A stretch of DNA of 64,000 bases from Eledone cirrhosa (Eukaryota), in NCBI GenBank assembly GCA_964016885.1, contig OZ024748.1, forward strand, positions 5,084,001-5,148,000. The letters run 5' to 3'. The position numbers and the translations under genes are program-made. How positions within the stretch are numbered: position 1 is the stretch's first letter; every line of letters begins with the position of its first letter. The notes below the pieces were generated by a model. That model was not told the origin of the DNA. It was given only the letters and a program-made list of their open reading frames with translations, and made no database searches. This document shows, piece by piece, positions 1 to 16,538 of the stretch.

Positions 1-133
1 TAGTAATAAACGAAAGATATAACATAATAACATCACTATTTATTTCATTATACATATTTCGGGGATGCAAAAATTTATGTTTAACATAAAATAAATAGTG
101 ATGTTATAAAGTTATATCTTTCGTTTATTACTA
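1..133. repeat. Inverted repeat (1-46 / 89-133), probably another fold-back element cut by the window edge
   Basis: tagtaataaacgaaagatataac...gttatatctttcgtttattacta; the spacer has ttatacatatttc as in family B. Confidence 0.7.
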
Positions 134-199
134 TCATTATTCTATCCCCCCTCTCCGTTTCCGTCCATTCTGTCGATGACACAACACTCCACACTGTAA

Positions 200-408
200 G
201 GTGGTTGTGTAGGAGACACGGTGAAAAGGCTCCCAGTCCACACTGTAATTGAGGTTGGTGTTAGAAAGGGCGCACATCTGTAAAAAAAACCTGCCAGAGA
301 TGCTTCTGTGCGAGCGAGAAATGGACTCCCGACCATTCCCGCATCTAATGGAACAAAACCGTCTAACCCATGGTAGCGTGGAAGATAGACCTTAAACGAT
401 GATGATGA

Positions 409-412
<4 letters not shown>
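200..412 (+). mobile_element. Second SINE family, 3' part ending in (GAT)n; tail fragment also ~51332-51383
   Basis: gttggtgttagaaagggcgc...ccgtctaacccatggtagcgtggaa..accttaaacgatgatgatg. Confidence 0.55.
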
Positions 413-456
<44 letters not shown>

Positions 457-489
457 AATATTTGCTCTACGGTTCTTATATATTTGATA

Positions 490-544
490 GATATTTATCC
501 TTATCTAGCCCTCTTTGGATTTTAGTCTTCAAATTTATTATTAT

Positions 545-549
<5 letters not shown>
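490..549 (+). repeat. Family K 3'-tail fragment (second copy ~37755-37813)
   Basis: tatttatccttatc(t/g)agccctctttggattttagtcttcaaatttattattattacta-(TA)n occurs twice. Confidence 0.7.
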
Positions 550-581
<32 letters not shown>

Positions 582-684
582 ACTCGTTCCTATTACCCAC
601 TCTACTACCCTAAGTATTGAGTACTTTGGTGCGTTATGGTCCACCTGGTTGCTTACCACATTTCCTCCGTTATATATATATATA

Positions 685-759
<75 letters not shown>

Positions 760-1429
760 GAGAGAGAGGGGGACATTTGTTCACGTGCGGATGCGCTATA
801 AATAAAATATCTTATGAAATAGAAAGATGACCCTTAGAAACGAAAAGGAACGTGGTTTGTGTTAACTGAATCCGACCAGAGATTATCCGCTAGTTTATAT
901 ATATATACACACACACATATATATGTATATATATATACGCACACACACACATATATACAGGGTTTGAGAATTGGCAAGTCATTAGAAGGTCGTTTCACAT
1001 CTTTGCACTTTGAATTCAAAACAGGCCAAGCTCACATTTTTGAGGTCGACCGGTCCTCTATGTTTCTTTCTTACTTCATCTCTATTAATCGCTCATTCTC
1101 TGTGAGAATTTCGCTGTGTTTCCTTCTAGGCTTCTCTACGTTTAAAATGCCCACGAAATTGCATATGTGACTAATACGCGCCTCCAACTCCAGCAGGAGT
1201 TACGGGTCTTAAACTTACATACATGTATATATGCAAGACGTGATTTAGCAATGAGCTGTCAATGGTTTAATTTCAGTACTGATAGCCACCCACAATATTT
1301 AGCAATTGTTGTTAACTGCCAGCAAGTCAAGTTATAAGAACAACCATTTATGCTGAAGACCTTCACTACAGAATTGTATAGATTTCTTGGCAGCTACTTT
1401 CAATGGCTGTGTTATATATAACTCTTCTC

Positions 1430-1572
1430 ATTTATTTGTATATTTTTTGATGTGGCTGATGTTGTTGAGATTTTTTGTTTGTTTTTGTTGTTGTTGGTAG
1501 TGTTAGTGTTGTTGTTGTTAGTGGTGGTGGTGGTGGTGGTGGTGTTAATGTTGTTGATGTTGTTGATGGTGG

Positions 1573-1603
<31 letters not shown>

Positions 1604-1990
1604 GATAATATTGATGTTAGTGGTACAAGTGGTGTTGATAGATTTGATGATGGTGGTGATGATAATAGTGTCAGTTGTGGTGGTGGTGGTGGTGGTGGTG
1701 TTGTTGTTGATATTGCTGATGATGCTGATGGTAGTGGTGATAGTATTGATGTTAGTAGCACTATGATAGGGGTGTTGATGGATTTGATGATGATGGTGAT
1801 GATAATAATGTCAGTGATGCTGATGATGTTGCCGGTTTTAACAGCATTGGTGGTAGTAGTGGTGATGATGGCGGAATGTTGATGATGGTGGTGTTTATAG
1901 TGCTGATGATGGAAATCTCGGGGGCGATGTTGATGATGATGTTTGTAGTCGTGATGCTGGTAGTGTAGGTTTTGTGGTTGATGGTCGTAT
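1430..1990. repeat. Degenerate trinucleotide tract (GGT/GAT/GTT); similar tracts at 41340-42110 and 63470-63677
   Basis: Triplet periodicity gives open frames on both strands without a recognisable domain. Confidence 0.8.
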
Positions 1991-2179
1991 AGGTGCTCCT
2001 GTTTTCGCAATTTAGTCTCTGATAGAAGTGGGAAGAGTATTTAAAGTCTTCGGCTCCTTGTCTTAAATTTATAGATGTTAGTGTATATATATGTCTGGTA
2101 ATGCGGTCAATACGAGGCTGTTGCATTTGATGTTGTTGTTCTTGTTGACGATATTATTTATCACCTGGTTAAACCTGTT

Positions 2180-2225
<46 letters not shown>

Positions 2226-2362
2226 GTAGTTCCACAACAGTTAGTTCACCATACCGATAACGAATGTTTCACTTTATTCGGATCCTCAGCTCGGTCTACC
2301 AAACTCGTCCCATGGATCGAGTGCTCTGCTACTACAGATATAACCCATCAGGGTTCTACTAT

Positions 2363-2397
<35 letters not shown>

Positions 2398-2400
<3 letters not shown>

Positions 2401-2610
2401 TAAGTTATTCCGGGTTGAATCGGAGGTAACTACAGTAAGTAAGGTACTCAATACATAGCAGAGTATAACAGTTTTAATATAGATGAGATTCTACAGGACT
2501 AGAACTGTTTCATTCTTTAGAAATCATCAGAAATCTCAGATCTGAGATTCCTGATGATTTCTAAAGGATGAAACAGTTCTAGTCCTGTAGAATCTCATCT
2601 ATATTAAAAC
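2398..2610. mobile_element. Hammerhead fold-back element, family A (140-bp palindrome 2471-2610 plus 3' tail)
   Basis: Near-perfect palindrome centred at 2540/2541 with a unique tail at 2398-2470; flanked by (TA)n. Confidence 0.85.
2543..2597 (+). ncRNA. Type I hammerhead ribozyme (family A); mirror copy on minus 2484-2538
   Basis: Stem I TGAGATTC/GAATCTCA; CTGATGA; stem II TTC-TAAA-GGA; GAAA; stem III ACAG-ttctagtc-CTGT; predicted cleavage after GTA (2589). Confidence 0.85.
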
Positions 2611-2746
2611 TATATATATATATATAAGAAACCAAATAAATATATATATTTTTTTAAAAATAAGACTCCAGTTGCATTTTCGATTTCATCTTTTTTCACT
2701 CGTGTAGGACACCTCAGTTATTTTTCATTTTGTAAAAAAACCTCAC

Positions 2747-2803
<57 letters not shown>

Positions 2804-2821
2804 CGTGTGTGTATAAAGAGA

Positions 2822-2900
<79 letters not shown>

Positions 2901-3350
2901 AGGCTAGATAGTTAGATAGATAGCTAGATAGTTAGATAGATAGATAGATAGAATATTTTTAACAAAGTTTTTACAATTTTGAACTGAGCTCCCGGACACT
3001 GTGCTTCCTCTACGTTAGGATCTAGCTGTGAAATATATGAAGTATCTACAAATATACAAATGACAATTAGGGTTTTGTATCTTGAGATATTCCCATACAA
3101 CCATCACAAGCGGTTATATAGATTTTATGAATTGCTGCTGAACAATATCATAAAAATAATTGAATCTACAACCACCCACTTCTGGTTTGTAAAGCCCCTT
3201 AAAGATTAACTTCTCCCCACCACTGGAAGTCACTCTCCTTGAAATAATGATATCTCCCACAGGTCCAGAGTCACTATCCCTGATATAATGAAACCATTAG
3301 TAACAATGTTTATAGTCATACACAGCTATCGATCATCTCTCCACTCCCAA

Positions 3351-3382
<32 letters not shown>

Positions 3383-3470
3383 ACAGATAATCATAAAGAC
3401 ACACGAAGGCCCCTCGTTATAAAGCCTATTACATGATATTATATCATGATATATATACACATACATACAA

Positions 3471-3574
<104 letters not shown>

Positions 3575-3641
3575 CTGATAACTCTGATTTTGCGTTTCGT
3601 TTCGCTTTTTCTACCCGCCGAAATGCGATTCTCGCTGAATT

Positions 3642-3711
<70 letters not shown>

Positions 3712-3713
3712 TG

Positions 3714-4167
<454 letters not shown>

Positions 4168-4319
4168 TATAGCATATATATATATATAATATGAATATAT
4201 ATAAATATATATATGTATATCATATATATACAATATGACTATACATATATATATATATATATATCATAAATATAATATGAATATACATAAATATATATAT
4301 ATATCATATATTTATAATA

Positions 4320-4411
<92 letters not shown>

Positions 4412-4724
4412 CACATATAATATATCATATGAATATATATAGATATATAAATATATATACACTATCATGTGTGTTTGAGCTTGTATGGATTAACTTACCT
4501 TTAGTAATGAGCATGTTTTGTATTTACATATATAATGTTATGTTATCGCTGATAGAATCTAATTCTAATTAAAGAAGAGTTAAAGAATTATAGTCTGAAA
4601 TACACACGATTATTCCTTATAATTTTCCTCACACACACACACACACTACAGCATACACGTACGTATATATATAAGTGTTAATAATGCAGATACGCACACA
4701 ATTGTGCATACAAACATACAGTTC

Positions 4725-4782
<58 letters not shown>

Positions 4783-4951
4783 CATGTGTGTGTTTGTTTG
4801 TGCGTGTGTGGTTTATATATATATATATATTTATTCAATACAATCTGTTATATATATATGTACATACAGTCATTTATATAGGAATATACGGAAACTTTGA
4901 GATGTCATGGCAACATTTTTTGCATTTTGTTAGGATATATGCATATTTGTA

Positions 4952-5092
<141 letters not shown>

Positions 5093-5135
5093 ATATATAT
5101 ATATATTTGTATATATGTATATACAGATATATATA

Positions 5136-5265
<130 letters not shown>

Positions 5266-5500
5266 CACACATACATATATACATATGAGTGCTATATACC
5301 AACAAGTAGCTTGGGGAGCAACAGTAATAGGTTCTTGTATGAAATATGATACATAACATATGTAAAGAAAATCTAGAAACTTAAAGTCGGCTGGAAATAA
5401 AAATTTGGATGAATATTTATTATAGGATCAACGAACTCTGTTGTAGCCATTTATTTTAGTTTAAACTATATTATATTATATTATATTATATATACATTAG

Positions 5501-5690
5501 GGCGGTGGATTGGTAGTATCGGTAGAGGGTCGGACGCCATGGTTTGCAGCAAAGAGTTACGGCCCTTTATGGTCGGAGTTCAAATCCGCCGAGGTTAACT
5601 TTTCCTTTCATCCTTACGGGTTCGATAAAATAAAGTACCAGTAATGTACTGGGTAATTGATGGCCTTGTGCCTAAAGTAGAAACAATTAT
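5501..5690 (+). mobile_element. tRNA-derived SINE, young family (~190 bp)
   Basis: A-box-like tggtagtatcggtagag, B-box GAGTTCAAATCC, central cctttcatccttacggg.tcgataaaataaagtaccag, tail ggccttgtgcctaaagtagaaacaattat. Confidence 0.85.
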
Positions 5691-6094
5691 ATATATATAT
5701 GAATGTATAAATAGTGTATTTTGCAATACACTGTATGCTTAATTAAAAGCATTTTGAAGACCTTAGGCTATTGTTTTAAAGTAGTGACTATGTCACTTAC
5801 TTCTTTTTTCAACAAACAAAGGGAGATAAGCTGATAGATCTCTGTTTCATAGTGTTGGTATTCCTCAGAGCTTAACACTCCCCTTGCTTGTTGAAAATTA
5901 TGAATGGTGGATTCTTATAGAATTCCAGTAATAATCAGGAACTGATTATACAGAGTGGTTGCGGGTCCTGCAAAATTGAAATTTAGAATTGGTGCTCTGG
6001 TGTGTGTCTATTTATACATACACACACATATATGTATAAATACATGTATAACTATATATATATATTTATATATATATGTATATATATGTATATA

Positions 6095-6182
<88 letters not shown>

Positions 6183-6261
6183 CGTATATGTCTCTAAATA
6201 TTTATGTATATATATATATATTTATATATATGTATATATATATATATGTATATATATGGTG

Positions 6262-6292
<31 letters not shown>

Positions 6293-6322
6293 GTATATGT
6301 CTCTAAATATTTATGTATATGT

Positions 6323-6357
<35 letters not shown>

Positions 6358-6712
6358 CATATATATATAAAACAATATATAACAATATATATATATATAT
6401 ATATATTGTTATATATTGTTTTATATATATATAATTCTATATATATGTTTGTGTATGTATGTATCTATTCTTATGTTTGTATCTATATATATGTGTGTTT
6501 GTATAAAAAGATAAACACATCAATGTAGCTAATCTTAAATTCCACCATTGTTTTATCTCTTTAGATAAAATATACATACATTTCCCGCATATACATGCTC
6601 ACACACATACATACATACACATACATACATCTACGTACAAATATACATATATATATGCTTGTGTCACCTATTCGCAGAGATGGTAATTGCAGCATGTTGG
6701 AGCAGATGTGTT

Positions 6713-6757
<45 letters not shown>

Positions 6758-7600
6758 TTATGAAAGACATATATTTTTAAATATCACTAGAAACATTACC
6801 CGGACACACACGGGTATATTATACCCTAGAATTCATACAATCGTACAAATTCTGTGTCTTTGGGGATAAATTGATTTTAACCAATGCTATGTATCTTCAG
6901 TATGTCCATGAGTTTACATAAAAGCTATGCAGAAAATGGTTTCTGTTGAGCTTCATAAAAAATGTGTAAAACTTTAAGAAATATAGAACTCACAGCATAT
7001 TCCGTTTTTCAGAATAATGCAATAATTTGTATACTTTTTTAAAACTTCACATTGAGATTTTTTTTATTTTCCAAACAGAACAATTTCAATGAAGAAAATA
7101 TCATTTTTCTTCAAAGGAAAAAACAAGGATCAAAATAATAATTTAGGAGAGCAAAAAGAGAAAAAGGGGAGGAGAAGAGGAAAATTATATAATGTATAAA
7201 ATGAGAAAGGAGAAGAGACGGGGCCAATTTACATAATTACCCTAAATAAATTATTTTTGAAAGGAGAAAATATTTCCCTTGACTATTGCATTTGTTTGTG
7301 CATAAGTTTTTCTGATCGGTACTACGTTTTGGAAGTTGCAGGAAAAGTAATCTAGTTTATGAGAGCTTCCTTCGCAACATGAATCCAAATATAAATATCA
7401 ACTACCTTGGCGCAAAACTGAAATCTACAATTCGGAATATACATATATATACATAAAGGCATACATACATATATACATACATAATACATACATAAATGCA
7501 TACATATGTACATACATAAATATATATATACACATAAATATATACATACAAACTTAAAATAATATAGTATTGAAACATTCCAACACGATGAGTATTAAAT

Positions 7601-8145
<545 letters not shown>

Positions 8146-8249
8146 TATAAGGAACGATCGACTTTTTTGTCAAATCGGACCGAGGGAACAATGTTTCCGT
8201 TGGTCTTTCTAATTGCATAATACTATCTATCGGTCACAACTCCAGGTAG

Positions 8250-8358
8250 AAGGAGCAACGTGAAATAAAGTGTCTTGCTCAAGGACATAACGCATCGCCT
8301 GGTCCAGGAATCGAACTCACAACCTTACGATTGCGAATACAATTCTCTAACCACTCAG
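8250..8358 (-). mobile_element. Third SINE family 5' part (tRNA-like head); body of a related family at 45876-46065
   Basis: Minus: gagtggttagag...gagttcgattcc...tgtccttgagcaagacactttatttcacgttgctcc; ggagcaacgtgaaataa is shared with ~46040. Confidence 0.55.
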
Positions 8359-8427
8359 TATATATATATAGTCCAGAATTAGCTGTCGAAACGGCTTGAG
8401 CTCAGTCGTCGGGGTCTTACTTGTTCC

Positions 8428-8515
<88 letters not shown>

Positions 8516-8664
8516 ATATATATAACCACCTGTTTACACCCCCTTTTAATTTCAGTTTATTTTGATCATGCCTTTATTTTTAAATGTTCTCATTCCTTGT
8601 ATTTTGATCATGCTTTATTTTTATTTATTATTTATTATATTTTTGTCTTTATTTGTTAATTTTT

Positions 8665-8850
8665 CATTCGCACCGTTTCCTTTCGCTATATGTCTCTCCA
8701 CCACTCCCCTACACACCTTTTGAACTCTTGCCTGAAGAAGGGCTTATGCCCGAAACGTCGTCCTCCACCTACCCCCCACTCTCCTGAGCGTGAATCTAAT
8801 AAACATTTGTCGTACTGCCTCTCTGTTCTGTCCCTGTTCAATTTTTTATT
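8665..8850 (+). mobile_element. Family C element with minimal hammerhead (8730-8761); related copies 39810-40028 (+, GAAA mutated), 18148-18350 (-, degenerate), 16800-16890 (tail)
   Basis: CTGAAGA-A-GGGC-ttat-GCCC-GAAACGTC followed by a shared tail ending in (TA)n. Confidence 0.75.
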
Positions 8851-8865
8851 ATATATATATATATA

Positions 8866-8951
<86 letters not shown>

Positions 8952-9147
8952 CAGAGAGAGAGAGACAGATAGATAGATCGAGATGTGTGTATATGTATAA
9001 TCGGCTTTACAAAATTTCCAATGATTTACACCTCTCACTTGCATCACCCAGGAAGGAAATGTAAATAAAAACGTTTAAAAGAGTTGTTGTTACGCCTGTT
9101 ATTACAGACCGAGCCAGAAGATGCACAGATTTGGTCACCATTATCTA

Positions 9148-9336
9148 CGGTGGATTGGCAGTATCGGTAGAGGGTCGGACGCCATGCTTTGACGCATAGA
9201 GTTACGGCCCTTGCCATTCTGAGTTCAAATCCCGCCAAGGTTAACTTTGCCTTTCATCCTTACGGGGTCGATAAAATAAAGTACTAGTAATACACTGGTT
9301 AATTACTGGCCTTGTGTCAAAAGTGGAAACAATTAT
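9148..9336 (+). mobile_element. Same SINE family, with probable TSD attatctac
   Basis: Full-length match to 5501-5690. Confidence 0.85.
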
Positions 9337-9701
9337 CTACCATTGCTTGTTCCCTTCTTTATCTTAATAACTCAGTCGAAGTGTATCTATTACTATATGT
9401 TCTATTACAATGACCGCTTTAATTTTTTGTTTCAGACATTAGAATGTAATATGCGGAAGATTTCACTACTAAATTTAATAATTCAAGCGATGAAGTACTG
9501 CCTCCATGCTCGACAATAACGGTTAGCAGACATGTTAAGAAATAGTGAAATTAGTTCAAAAATATTATATCTGCACTTATAACATAATGTACTGCAGACA
9601 CAAAGATTCGGTAGGCTATAATTAGAGTAATTAGATTACCAACAGCTTCTTTATTTACTCCAGCAAAGACGATCTACGATAATAGACGCACGAACACTCT
9701 G

Positions 9702-9775
<74 letters not shown>

Positions 9776-9920
9776 ATGAATAAAATAACAGGAGGCTGGA
9801 CTGGTCCTTGAAAAGTTTATTATACTATGACCATTTCAATGACCGGGTTCCGTATGATCCGGTGATATCATCAGGTATTCGAAATATACAAAGGAATATA
9901 TAAAAATCCATGGGTCCAGG
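9776..9920 (-). mobile_element. Family F element with hammerhead 9822-9878
   Basis: Minus: ATAC-CTGATGA-TATCACCGG...CCGGTCATT-GAAA-TGGTCATA-GTAT. Confidence 0.72.
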
Positions 9921-10098
9921 TATATATATATATATATATAAATATGTGTATGTATGTACATACATTTACACATACATACATATATATTATATTATATAAT
10001 ATATATTATATATTAAGGATGAAATTCAGTTTGAATTTGGTTTAGACCATCACTCACCGCAGTATTCGATACTTGGGGTAGTTGGGTCTCAACTCTTT

Positions 10099-10141
<43 letters not shown>

Positions 10142-10149
10142 GCGCGCGC

Positions 10150-10185
<36 letters not shown>

Positions 10186-10276
10186 TTATATATATACGCA
10201 GCTAACATATTACATCTAGAAAACCTAACAGTTCTGAAAAAATATTCCTATATAAGTATACATATACATATATATA

Positions 10277-10318
<42 letters not shown>

Positions 10319-10515
10319 ATATGTAGGAATATATAAATGTGATACATACAATTATATCACTCACACACAAACACGCATAGGAATTTGAATTTGAATTTAT
10401 ATATATATAATAGGCACACGAAAAACATTCATTTTTTTTATCTTATGCATGTAGAAAAATAATCTGCAGCTGGAGAATGAATTTTACATTATAAACTATA
10501 TATATAAACTATATG

Positions 10516-10568
<53 letters not shown>

Positions 10569-10598
10569 AAAAATACATAAGAGAAATAAGTATATATT

Positions 10599-10642
<44 letters not shown>

Positions 10643-10797
10643 CATATAGTAGAGCGTGTATATATGAATTTGAATACACATATATGTGTATATAAATTTA
10701 TACTGGCAGAAATCCATAGTATTATATTTATATATATTTTATATATTATATCATATATATATATTTTATATTCATATATATATATGATATATTAATG

Positions 10798-10839
<42 letters not shown>

Positions 10840-11419
10840 TAATATATTATATATATATATATGTATAAAACATAAAATGTACAGAGAGAAATGAGTATAT
10901 ATTTATATAATATATTTGTGTATGTGTATTTAAGGTTATATTTATATATAAACATATAAAACTGTGATTGTAAATAATGTGTGTGCATGGTTTGTGTGTG
11001 TGTTTGTGTAAACACTGCCATAAAATCTTAAGTACATCTCTATAAACAACCAATTGAGATTCCATCTTAACATCTTTACAAGACAATAGTTAAATTATTT
11101 AATATGTCATAAGATATATGATGAATATTTAATACCTCTCTTTAATCATTATAAAGTCATAAAGATTTCGACATATGTATATCTATATACCTATCTATAT
11201 ATATATATAATATATATAGATATATATATATAGTATATATGTATTTATTTAATTTATATATATATATAAATATATTATGTGTTTATATATATGTATTTAT
11301 ATATAATTTGTATATATAAAATATATATAGTTGTATGTGAGTGTTTTTATATGTATATGTAAATATATATATATCTATGTGTGTTAAGATAAAATACGAA
11401 AAGCGACCATGTTTAAATC

Positions 11420-11607
11420 AATTGTTTCTGCTTTTGGCACAAGGCCAGAAATTATCCCAGTGCATTACTGGTACTTTATTTTATCGACCCCGTAAGGATG
11501 AAAGGCAAAGTTAACCTCGGCGGGATTTGAATTCAGACCATAAAAGGCCGTAATTCTTTGCTGCAAAGCATGGCGTCCAACCCTTTACCGATACTACCAA
11601 TCCACCG
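11420..11607 (-). mobile_element. Same SINE family
   Basis: Full-length reverse-complement match. Confidence 0.85.
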
Positions 11608-11619
11608 TGTTAGAAATAA

Positions 11620-11654
<35 letters not shown>

Positions 11655-11865
11655 TTAAGAATATAAAATATTTGATTTACTTTAGGTTCAGTTGAATTCT
11701 TTCGGGACTAGATCGTTTCTCATTTGTGAAATCATGATTATATGTCAACGATGTTTCAACGCTACCAACTTTTCGGATTTCCTTTATATATATATATTAT
11801 ATATATATATATATATTATATATATACATATATATATATACATATACATTATCCAGGAAGCTCAA

Positions 11866-12032
11866 CCGTTAAGGTTGTCTTTTTCCGGGTATGTCAATAT
11901 TTATTTATAAAACAAATTTGTATTTTATCTGATGAAAGCGCACCATAATTTGCCTTGGTTGCCCTTGAAATATGTATAATAAAATATGGTTTTATAAATA
12001 TAGCTTCCATTTATTTGTTAATATATTGTATA
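11866..12032 (+). mobile_element. Family B single-arm copy with hammerhead 11921-11986
   Basis: Near-identical to 7971-8140. Confidence 0.8.
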
Positions 12033-12065
12033 TATACATTTATATATTTTTTTATATGTGTGTGA

Positions 12066-12109
<44 letters not shown>

Positions 12110-12129
12110 GATGCATATATATATATATA

Positions 12130-12174
<45 letters not shown>

Positions 12175-12411
12175 GCATCTCACACATATATAAATGGTCT
12201 CACAACAACTGAATAACTTTCAGACAGATTTCTGTGAAAAAATGTAGATAAATAAATACATAAATAGACAGTGACTTCGAATGTGGATGTTACAATATCA
12301 TCGCTTGTTCTAGCATATTTTTACTGCTGAAACTTCGAGAGACGCGTTAAATTATTTTCTTTGGAATCCAAATACTTTTTTATTGATATGTGTTCGTGTG
12401 GTGTGTGTGTG

Positions 12412-12453
<42 letters not shown>

Positions 12454-12836
12454 TTCTGAGCGTGAGAGTATGTGTTAGTTTCTCTAAGTTAATATCCTAT
12501 ATATATATACACGAGTCACCAACGGAAGTATCCTCTCCACTTTTTGGGAATTTGTTGTTTTGGTTTTCTAAATGTTTAATCTAGTCTTCTTTATGAATTT
12601 GTACCGTCCTATTGTAAAATTGTACCATCCTATACAGTTTCAATTCTGCTCTTAATGTAAACCCGGTGTGGCTAATAAACAAACCATTATTATTCTTTAA
12701 AAAAAGAACGTAATGAGACTCAGCTTCGCCTTACATCCCTCCGGGGTTGATAAAATGAAGTACCAGTAAAGTACCAGGGTCTAAAACTGGTTGTGTGTGC
12801 GCATGTATGTGTGCGAGTGTGATTGCTTCTGGATAC

Positions 12837-12896
<60 letters not shown>

Positions 12897-12964
12897 GTGT
12901 GGGTGTGTGTATGTGTGTGTGTGTGTAAAAGGTAAAAAGAAATAACAACACAATCGGTTCAGCA

Positions 12965-13125
12965 TATGGAAGGGATATATTAGGTTAACGCTTAATATAA
13001 CAGGAAGAGGGTCTTAATGTTTCGGACGCTAGTCCTTCATCAGAAGAAAGAATGAGAAATATGATAGATTGAGGGGACGGGCGGGTTGGAATTAGAAAAA
13101 TGTCTCGAGATAAAAATAAACAATT
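12965..13125 (-). mobile_element. Family C2 element with minimal hammerhead (13012-13047)
   Basis: Minus: TCTT-CTGATGA-A-GGAC-tagc-GTCC-GAAACATT-AAGA. Confidence 0.75.
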
Positions 13126-13421
13126 TCCTATCTACATGCATGTATATATAACTAAATACATACAAACACACACATACATATATTCAAACAAACATACATA
13201 TATACATATATAATATACATACATACAAGTATACATTCATAGAAATATACATATATACATGCATGCATTCACGCTCAGTCATTCAATAAATCTTGGCTAT
13301 ATATGGAGTCTGAGATAATAAATAATACACACACCATTTAAAGTCCAAATGCAAAGAGTGTGTAATCCAGTTTCCACACGCACATATGAACAAACAAGGC
13401 GATACACACGCACACTTATAT

Positions 13422-13527
<106 letters not shown>

Positions 13528-13720
13528 TATATATATATGTTTATATATATATATTTATATTTATATACACATATATATATATTCATATACATATACATTT
13601 ATATGCATATATATTTATATTTATATATATATACATATATATTATATACACCCACACACATATTTATATATATACATCTATATACTCATATACACGCACA
13701 TTATGTATATATATATATAT

Positions 13721-13814
<94 letters not shown>

Positions 13815-13825
13815 TATACATATAT

Positions 13826-13905
<80 letters not shown>

Positions 13906-14061
13906 TGTATGTATACACAGCTTTTATGGTCATAAATATTGCCAATAAAACAACTAGAACATAATGGAATAATAATGATGATAACGTTAATAGTTATTTA
14001 TTCATGTTATACATTTAAATATACGTACATTATATACATGTATATATATAAATACAGACGC

Positions 14062-14103
<42 letters not shown>

Positions 14104-14109
14104 TATATA

Positions 14110-14467
14110 CATGGAAAGTTATATTTAAATTGTTGGGTTAACAACGAGTAAATATTTATAACTGATATAAAAGCACTCAACAAGTATTTGGAGTATATTT
14201 ATGATATTAAATAAATGGAAACTATATTTATAAAACCATATTTATTTCATTATATATATTTCAGGGATATCATATTAACAATATGTTATCAAATACTTCC
14301 CAAATGCAAGTCAATTGAAAGGTATGTCGTATCTATTTATTTATAAGACTGTTTATATTGTATTTTGTCTGAAGAAGGCATAACACATTGTTAATATGAT
14401 ATCCCTGAAATATATATAATGAAATAAATATGGTTTTATAAATATAGTTTCCATTTATTTAATATCA
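14110..14467. mobile_element. Family B-related fold-back element with hammerhead 14361-14426 (+)
   Basis: Arms ~14201-14288/14380-14467; TATTTTGT-CTGAAGA-AGG...CCT-GAAA-TATATATA-ATGAAATA. Confidence 0.8.
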
Positions 14468-14627
14468 TATATATATATATGTATATTCCGACCGTTTCAG
14501 AATATACGCTGTATATTTTAAGTACGGATGTATTGGCATAATTTGAATGGACCTACTAATCCTTAATCCGTAACATTTAATCTGTCTCATTCTATCTCTC
14601 AATATCTCTCTATATATACACTCACAC

Positions 14628-14667
<40 letters not shown>

Positions 14668-14718
14668 TATATATTAATATGTTTATATGCATATATATAT
14701 TAATATTTATATATATAT

Positions 14719-14761
<43 letters not shown>

Positions 14762-14775
14762 CATATATATATATA

Positions 14776-14841
14776 CGAGCTGAGGATCCGCTAAGGTGAA
14801 ACAATTGTTCTAGGTATGGCGAACTAACTGTTGTGTAACCA

Positions 14842-14847
<6 letters not shown>
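14776..14847 (+). mobile_element. Family J element with minimal hammerhead 14776-14813; related inverted copy 2222-2365 (hammerhead minus 2254-2294)
   Basis: CGAG-CTGAGGA-TCC-gctaa-GGT-GAAA-CAATTGTT-CTAG with palindromic ACAATTGT; inserted in (TA)n. Confidence 0.7.
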
Positions 14848-14928
<81 letters not shown>

Positions 14929-14939
14929 GTATATATATG

Positions 14940-14970
<31 letters not shown>

Positions 14971-14971
14971 G

Positions 14972-15002
<31 letters not shown>

Positions 15003-15009
15003 GTGTATA

Positions 15010-15056
<47 letters not shown>

Positions 15057-15063
15057 GTGTATA

Positions 15064-15167
<104 letters not shown>

Positions 15168-15204
15168 ATTCAAAACCATGAGTTTGTGAGTATATATATA
15201 TGTT

Positions 15205-15275
<71 letters not shown>

Positions 15276-15756
15276 TTTAATCCTGATGCGTCATTTGTAC
15301 ATGTATGTTAAATATATCTGTGATTATATCGTAGAAATAATTAACAAGATCCCAGTCTTAGATTTAAACAATTTCGTAGGTTACAAAACAATCTAAATTA
15401 TAGGATATTTCTTATATATTTTAATTTTTCAAAAGGCAAATATTGAATGATTTTGAATGATCGTTGAAAGACTTGTTTAAACACAAAATAAAGATGACGA
15501 TGATGATGATAACCTAATCCTAGTTTGTGATATATTTTTGAATTACCAATTTTGATTCCATTATTTAAATATGTTCAAAAGGTCGACTGGTATACTATAT
15601 ATAAAACCCAAAATATATAGTTTATAAAATAATTCGTTGTGAAATATATGCTCAAGATATTTAATATAATAATTTGATAAAAGAAATAATTGAGTTATTT
15701 CTTTTCTTTCCCACGAACTGTACAGCAAGCTTTGGATTTAACACACACACAATATA

Positions 15757-15807
<51 letters not shown>

Positions 15808-15973
15808 CGAGAGAGAGAGTCAGGTTAGATCCACACACAGTTCGAACCTCGAGCTGTTCGCCGGGGAAACACAATTGTAACACGCAATAAATTGAGTTCC
15901 GATGCATCACCGATTCTTCGTTTTCCGTTATATATATATATATGCATATATATATATTTGTATGTATGTATAA

Positions 15974-16086
<113 letters not shown>

Positions 16087-16468
16087 CGTGCAGAGAGCGT
16101 GTTTGTTGTTATAAGGATAATGATAATTTTTATTATTGTTAAACACATCTCCTCCACTCAAGCTTTGACACCATTGAAACTGTATAAGATTAACTGTATT
16201 ACCTATGTGTAATATATATATATAAAAGATTTACACTTTACACTAATGTATTGCCTCCATAGCTGGAGAATGAGCTGAAGAATGAATTTAGTAGACACAA
16301 CTAATATCATTTGTATATCTATTTATCTATCTATCTTATTGTATAAATACGCACATACAAAAACATATATAGAGAGAGATAAGTATATATATATTTATGT
16401 ATTTATATGTATGCATGTTATAGTTGAGACAGTAAACAAATGTATATATATATATATATATATATACA

Positions 16469-16538
<70 letters not shown>

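Noticed and set aside
1432-2010. 192-aa His/Thr/Pro-rich ORF on the same strand as Scr
   Set aside because: Degenerate trinucleotide tract open in many frames, with no homeodomain or other domain
6820-6870. Faint resemblance to miR-10 (taccct...acaaattctgtgtctttgggga), a miRNA expected between Hox4 and Hox5
   Set aside because: The mature TACCCTGTAGATCCGAATTTGT is not present, the arms do not form a good hairpin, and it is on the strand opposite to Scr
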